A DNA stretch of 64,000 bases, taken from IMG/VR virus record IMGVR_UViG_3300045988_144346, positions 7,829 through 71,828 of that record; one strand, given 5' to 3'. Shown piece by piece: positions 60,894 to 64,000 of this stretch (position 1 is the first letter of the stretch; each line of letters starts with the position of its first letter). The notes below the pieces were generated by a model. It had not been told where the DNA came from. It saw nothing but the letters and a program-made list of their open reading frames with translations, and made no database searches. The position numbers were made by a program, and so were the translations under genes. This stretch comes from a virus.

Positions 60894-61070
60894 GTGTCTC
60901 CCAAAATAGGGCGTCCCAAGAAAGACGTTACCAAGAGCGTCGAAATCGGCCTGCGACTTACAAAAGAAACAGCAGACAAGCTGCAACGCTGCGCCGACGA
61001 AATGGAAACGACAAGAACCGCCGTAATAGAGCGCGGTATTGATCTTGTGGAAGCCGAGTTAAAAAAATAG
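60894..61070 (+). CDS. ribbon-helix-helix (CopG/Arc-like) protein, 58 aa, GTG start
   Basis: SPKIGRPKKDVTKSVEIGLRLTKETADKLQRCADEMETTRTAVIERGIDLV has the beta-strand-helix-helix pattern. Below the track size cutoff. Confidence 0.55.
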   Translation: MSPKIGRPKKDVTKSVEIGLRLTKETADKLQRCADEMETTRTAVIERGIDLVEAELKK

Positions 61071-61205
61071 TGTAACCGGGCACACGCCGACCAAGCCGAC
61101 CCGGTTACACCATAGAAGAGGCGCATTACAATGCAAATCTCTTTCTGTATTATAACGCGCCTCCATGAAATTGTCAATTTTTTATTATTTCAAGGAGGAC
61201 TTAGT

Positions 61206-62018
61206 ATGTCTGATTCCCTGCGTGTATTCAACAACCACGAATTTGGTAGTGTACGAACCGTAACCGTGGACGGCGAACCTTGGTTCGTCGGCAAAGACGT
61301 GGCACAGGCTCTGGGTTACGGAGAGGGAAAATCGTTAGCCAACGCCGTTGCAAACCATGTTGATGCCGATGATAAGGGGGTCACCGAAATGATGACACCC
61401 GGCGGCAAGCAGAACATGGTTATTATCAACGAGTCCGGCTTGTACAGTCTGATTCTGGCGAGTAAGCTGCCCACAGCGAAAAAGTTTAAGCGCTGGGTCA
61501 CTTCCGAAATACTACCCACGCTCCGCAAAACCGGCACCTACACCGCCCGCACCATGACGCCCAACGAGATCATCGCCGCCATCGCCGCCGATAATGTGGA
61601 AAAAGAGCGCCGGCTGAAATCTCTGGAAGACGGATTCCATGAAGCAATGGAAGTCCTTGCTGAGCCGCCAGAGGCGGAAGAGTGGCGCAAAAAGATTTAC
61701 CAGAAGGTGAGCCGCTATTGCGCCCGCCACGATCTCGACTATACGGAGACGTGGGAAAAGCTGTACGGTCAGTTAGAGATCCGCGCCGGATGCAATCTTG
61801 CAACGCTGCAGACACGCCGCAGAAACCGCGCCCGCATCGCCGGAGCTACAGCCTCCGCCGTGAACGCGATCAACCGGCTGGACTGCATCGCCGCCGACAA
61901 GCGCCTGCGGGAAATTTTCACGGGCATTGTCAAGGAATTTTCCGCCCGGCGCATCCTCGCCTCCTCTGTCGCGCCCGAAACGTCTGCCAATCCTCATGTA
62001 TTCCCCGCGTTGGCCTGA
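61206..62018 (+). CDS. phage antirepressor (Bro-N domain + ORF6C-like domain)
   Basis: LRVFNNHEFGSVRTVTVDGEPWFVGKDVAQALGY...ESGLYSLILASKLPTAKKFKRWVTSEILPTLRKTG is the canonical Bro-N pattern. Confidence 0.85.
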   Translation: MSDSLRVFNNHEFGSVRTVTVDGEPWFVGKDVAQALGYGEGKSLANAVANHVDADDKGVTEMMTPGGKQNMVIINESGLYSLILASKLPTAKKFKRWVTSEILPTLRKTGTYTARTMTPNEIIAAIAADNVEKERRLKSLEDGFHEAMEVLAEPPEAEEWRKKIYQKVSRYCARHDLDYTETWEKLYGQLEIRAGCNLATLQTRRRNRARIAGATASAVNAINRLDCIAADKRLREIFTGIVKEFSARRILASSVAPETSANPHVFPALA

Positions 62019-62221
62019 TGGAGGACGAGACGATGAACACGACCGCCCTGAACCGCATCGGCGAACTTGCCGACCTTCTCTCGGACTTGCTGATCTACAC
62101 GCTCGACGAGCGCGAGAAGCCGGTACACCCGGACGACGCACAGAGAGTCTTTGACCGCGCCGAATTTGTTCTCGCAGAGATTTCCCGCACGGCGTCGGAA
62201 CTGAAAGCCGCCGCCGGTTGA
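62018..62221 (+). CDS. small phage protein, paralog of 508-813
   Basis: The ATG overlaps the upstream TGA. See the alignment under 508-813. Confidence 0.55.
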   Translation: MEDETMNTTALNRIGELADLLSDLLIYTLDEREKPVHPDDAQRVFDRAEFVLAEISRTASELKAAAG

Positions 62222-62245
62222 TTCCAAAAATTCCATAAAACAGCA

Positions 62246-62286
62246 ATGCGCAAAGATTCATTTGAGTCTTTGCGCATTTTTTATTT
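62246..62286 (+). terminator. rho-independent terminator
   Basis: ATGCGCAAAGA-loop-TCTTTGCGCAT TTTTTTATTT. Confidence 0.8.
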
Positions 62287-62293
62287 CCCCGTC

Positions 62294-62324
62294 GGTTGCG
62301 AAATGGCCGCCTGATTGCCATATA
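62294..62324 (+). promoter_or_regulatory. conserved promoter-like motif, copy f
   Basis: GGTTGCGAAATGGCCGCCTGATTGCCATATA. Confidence 0.55.
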
Positions 62325-62433
62325 GGGTGTAAAGAGAGAAACGTACATAATTACGGACAAATCACTTTTGCCCGCGCGTTACACTGAAACCAGAGCCGCG
62401 GGAGGACGAGCCGCGGCAAAGGAGATAGATACG

Positions 62434-62724
62434 ATGGATAACACTCTGGAACGCGCGCGAGACATTGCCATCCGATTCGGGCAGCTGACATGGGGCGATC
62501 TCATTGACCTTTCCCCGAGAGAGGAGCACGCGGTAATGGCCGCGCTTCGGATGTCTGCGATCATGCCGGGAGGGAAAGACCGGGTAACTTCAGTGCAGTG
62601 CTTCTTGTTTTTGAACGATGACCGGAACGACCGTGGCCCGGAGGACGAGGAATTGCAAAAACACATCCGCCAGTTTCTTCAGCTGGTGGCGGGCTTTATG
62701 GGATGGTACGGGCATGGAGAATAA
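62434..62724 (+). CDS. hypothetical protein (96 aa)
   Basis: AAGGAG RBS. Start MDNTLERARD. Overlaps the methylase start. Confidence 0.5.
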   Translation: MDNTLERARDIAIRFGQLTWGDLIDLSPREEHAVMAALRMSAIMPGGKDRVTSVQCFLFLNDDRNDRGPEDEELQKHIRQFLQLVAGFMGWYGHGE

Positions 62725-63454
62725 GGAGCTTTTATTTTTCGGTGACTGCATGGCAAAGCTAAAGGAGCTTCCCGCCGGAAGCGTGGATATGGTGCTGGCG
62801 GATCCTCCCTACGGCACGACGCGCTGCAAATGGGACAGCCCCATACCATTCGCCCCGCTCTGGGACGAGCTGCACCGGGTCGTGAAAAAAGACGGCGCCA
62901 TTCTCCTCTTCGGCGGTGAGCCGTTTGGAAGCGCTCTGCGCCTCTCGAACCCGAAGGAATACCGGTACGACTGGGTGTGGCAGAAAACGTCTCCTACCGG
63001 CTTTCTGAACGCCAAACGGCAGCCGCTGCGGGATGTGGAAAACATTGCGGTGTTTTATCGCTCTCCCCCGCTCTATATCCCGCAGAAGACATCCGGCCAT
63101 ACCCGAAAGGTGAGCTCGGCGTACAGCAAGCGGAACTGTCGAAAAGGGGAGGCCTACGGCGCCTATGGCGCTACGTCCTACGACAGCACCGAGCGCTACC
63201 CGACACAGGTGCTCCGCTTCAAAAGCGACAAGCAGCTGGCAGCGTTTCACCCGACGCAGAAGCCCGTGGCCCTGCTCGAATATCTTATAAAAACATACAC
63301 ACGCCCAAATGATACGGTGCTGGATTTCTGCATGGGCAGTGGGTCAACCGGCGTAGCCGCTCTCCGAACCGGCCGAAAATTCATCGGGATAGAGCTCTCG
63401 GCAGAATACTACGCCGTAGCCACCAGGCGCATCACCGGGGAAATCACCGGATAA
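62714..63454 (+). CDS. beta-class N6/N4 DNA methyltransferase (246 aa)
   Basis: Catalytic VLADPPYG (DPPY) precedes the SAM motif VLDFCMGSGSTGVAA. Also HPTQKPVALLEYLI. Confidence 0.85.
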   Translation: MENKELLFFGDCMAKLKELPAGSVDMVLADPPYGTTRCKWDSPIPFAPLWDELHRVVKKDGAILLFGGEPFGSALRLSNPKEYRYDWVWQKTSPTGFLNAKRQPLRDVENIAVFYRSPPLYIPQKTSGHTRKVSSAYSKRNCRKGEAYGAYGATSYDSTERYPTQVLRFKSDKQLAAFHPTQKPVALLEYLIKTYTRPNDTVLDFCMGSGSTGVAALRTGRKFIGIELSAEYYAVATRRITGEITG

Positions 63455-63485
63455 ATAAATACATTTTTTGAAAGAAGGTAAAGCC

Positions 63486-63785
63486 ATGAAAGAAACCAAT
63501 ATCGGAAAGTACGTCATCGTCCGAGGAGACCGCTCCGGCGTGTTCGCTGGAACCCTCGCCGCCAGAGATGGGCAGGAAGTCCAGCTCACCGACTGCCGCC
63601 GTATTTGGTATTGGAACGGCGCAGCAAGCATTTCCCAGCTCGCCATTGACGGCACAAGCAAGCCGGGCGATTGCAGGTTCCCTGCACAGGTGAAGGAGAT
63701 CACGATTCTCGACGCTATTGAGATCATCCCCTGCACGGAGAAGGCCGAAGCGAGCATCAAGGCGGTGCGCGAATGGAAGTGCTGA
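63486..63785 (+). CDS. hypothetical protein (99 aa)
   Basis: AGAAGG RBS region. Start MKETNIGKYVIVRG. Confidence 0.5.
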   Translation: MKETNIGKYVIVRGDRSGVFAGTLAARDGQEVQLTDCRRIWYWNGAASISQLAIDGTSKPGDCRFPAQVKEITILDAIEIIPCTEKAEASIKAVREWKC

Positions 63786-64000
63786 CGCGGGAGGCTTTCC
63801 TCCATACGGATTTTGACGGCTCCGGCTACGGCTCCGGCAACGGCGACGGAGGCTCTGGCTCCGGCTACGGCGACGGCTACGGCGACGGAGGCTCTGGCTC
63901 CGGCTACGGCTCCGGCAACGGCGACGGAGGCTCTGGCTCCGGCTACGGCGACGGCTACGGCGACGGAGGCTCTGGCTCCGGCGACGGCTACGGCTACGGC
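63773..64000 (+). CDS. Gly/Ser/Tyr/Asp tandem-repeat protein, 3' end outside window
   Basis: The ATG overlaps the upstream 3' end. MEVLTREAFLHTDFD, then (GSGYGSGNGDGGS GSGYGDGYGDGGS)x2... Open to the window edge. Confidence 0.5.
   Translation, partial: MEVLTREAFLHTDFDGSGYGSGNGDGGSGSGYGDGYGDGGSGSGYGSGNGDGGSGSGYGDGYGDGGSGSGDGYGYG
63818..64000 (+). repeat. perfect 78-nt (2 x 39 nt) coding tandem repeat
   Basis: Units 63818-63856 and 63857-63895 are repeated exactly at 63896-63973, and the repeat continues to the window edge. Confidence 0.85.

Noticed and set aside
60812-61177. 121-aa minus-strand ORF overlapping the RHH gene and its promoter.
   Set aside because: It is antisense to a well-signalled GTG-start RHH gene (promoter, AAGGAGGG RBS, downstream hairpin), and its composition is implausible.
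52804-62330. An integron-like gene-cassette array.
   Set aside because: There is no IntI-type integrase next to the array and no attC-like imperfect palindromes at cassette ends. The recurring element has a promoter layout (hexamer, 17 nt, hexamer, RBS), not a recombination-site layout.
63818-64000. CRISPR-like appearance of regular repeats here and at the 34539-34662 iterons.
   Set aside because: There are no unique spacers between repeats, and the repeats are contiguous and in-frame within ORFs. No cas genes are present. One is a coding minisatellite and the other is origin iterons.

Overview
The window is almost entirely temperate-phage DNA of a fairly GC-rich, GGAGG-RBS (Firmicutes/Clostridia-like) type; the host assignment is inference. 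(1) About 2.9-44.3 kb is a complete siphovirus-type genome on the minus strand. It runs cro-like HTH, a YqaJ/DUF1351/RecT/SSB recombination module (interrupted by a tnpB-only IS), then a replication initiator with internal iterons, DnaB and DUF1064. These are followed by terminase, portal, protease-scaffold, capsid, tail, a 1408-aa tape measure, fibres, a CHAP/CW_7 endolysin and a metallophosphoesterase. A plus-strand CI-like repressor, a membrane-anchored HTH protein and a tyrosine integrase sit next to a tRNA 3'-end att core with arm-type repeats. (2) 44.4-51.9 kb holds minus-strand early/accessory genes: sigma factor, ASCH, DUF551-like and zinc-ribbon proteins, Lar, and a Dam-type methylase. 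It also contains an odd AT-only tract. (3) 52.0-64.0 kb and 0-2.9 kb hold plus-strand accessory cassettes. These include an RHH + RelB/YafQ toxin-antitoxin module, orphan proteins, a DUF4942-type methylase + GT2 glycosyltransferase operon, Bro-N antirepressors, a beta-class methylase, a Gly/Ser/Tyr/Asp repeat protein, and a second tyrosine recombinase with a NifS-like cysteine desulfurase. The most striking unexplained signal is a roughly 31-nt promoter-like motif (GGTTGCrAAA-N-GCCATATA). It occurs nine times, always upstream of a start codon on the coding strand, in every module. It links all parts of the window into one regulatory family. No rRNA, complete tRNA or CRISPR array was seen. All functional calls come from motif recognition by eye, with no database search.
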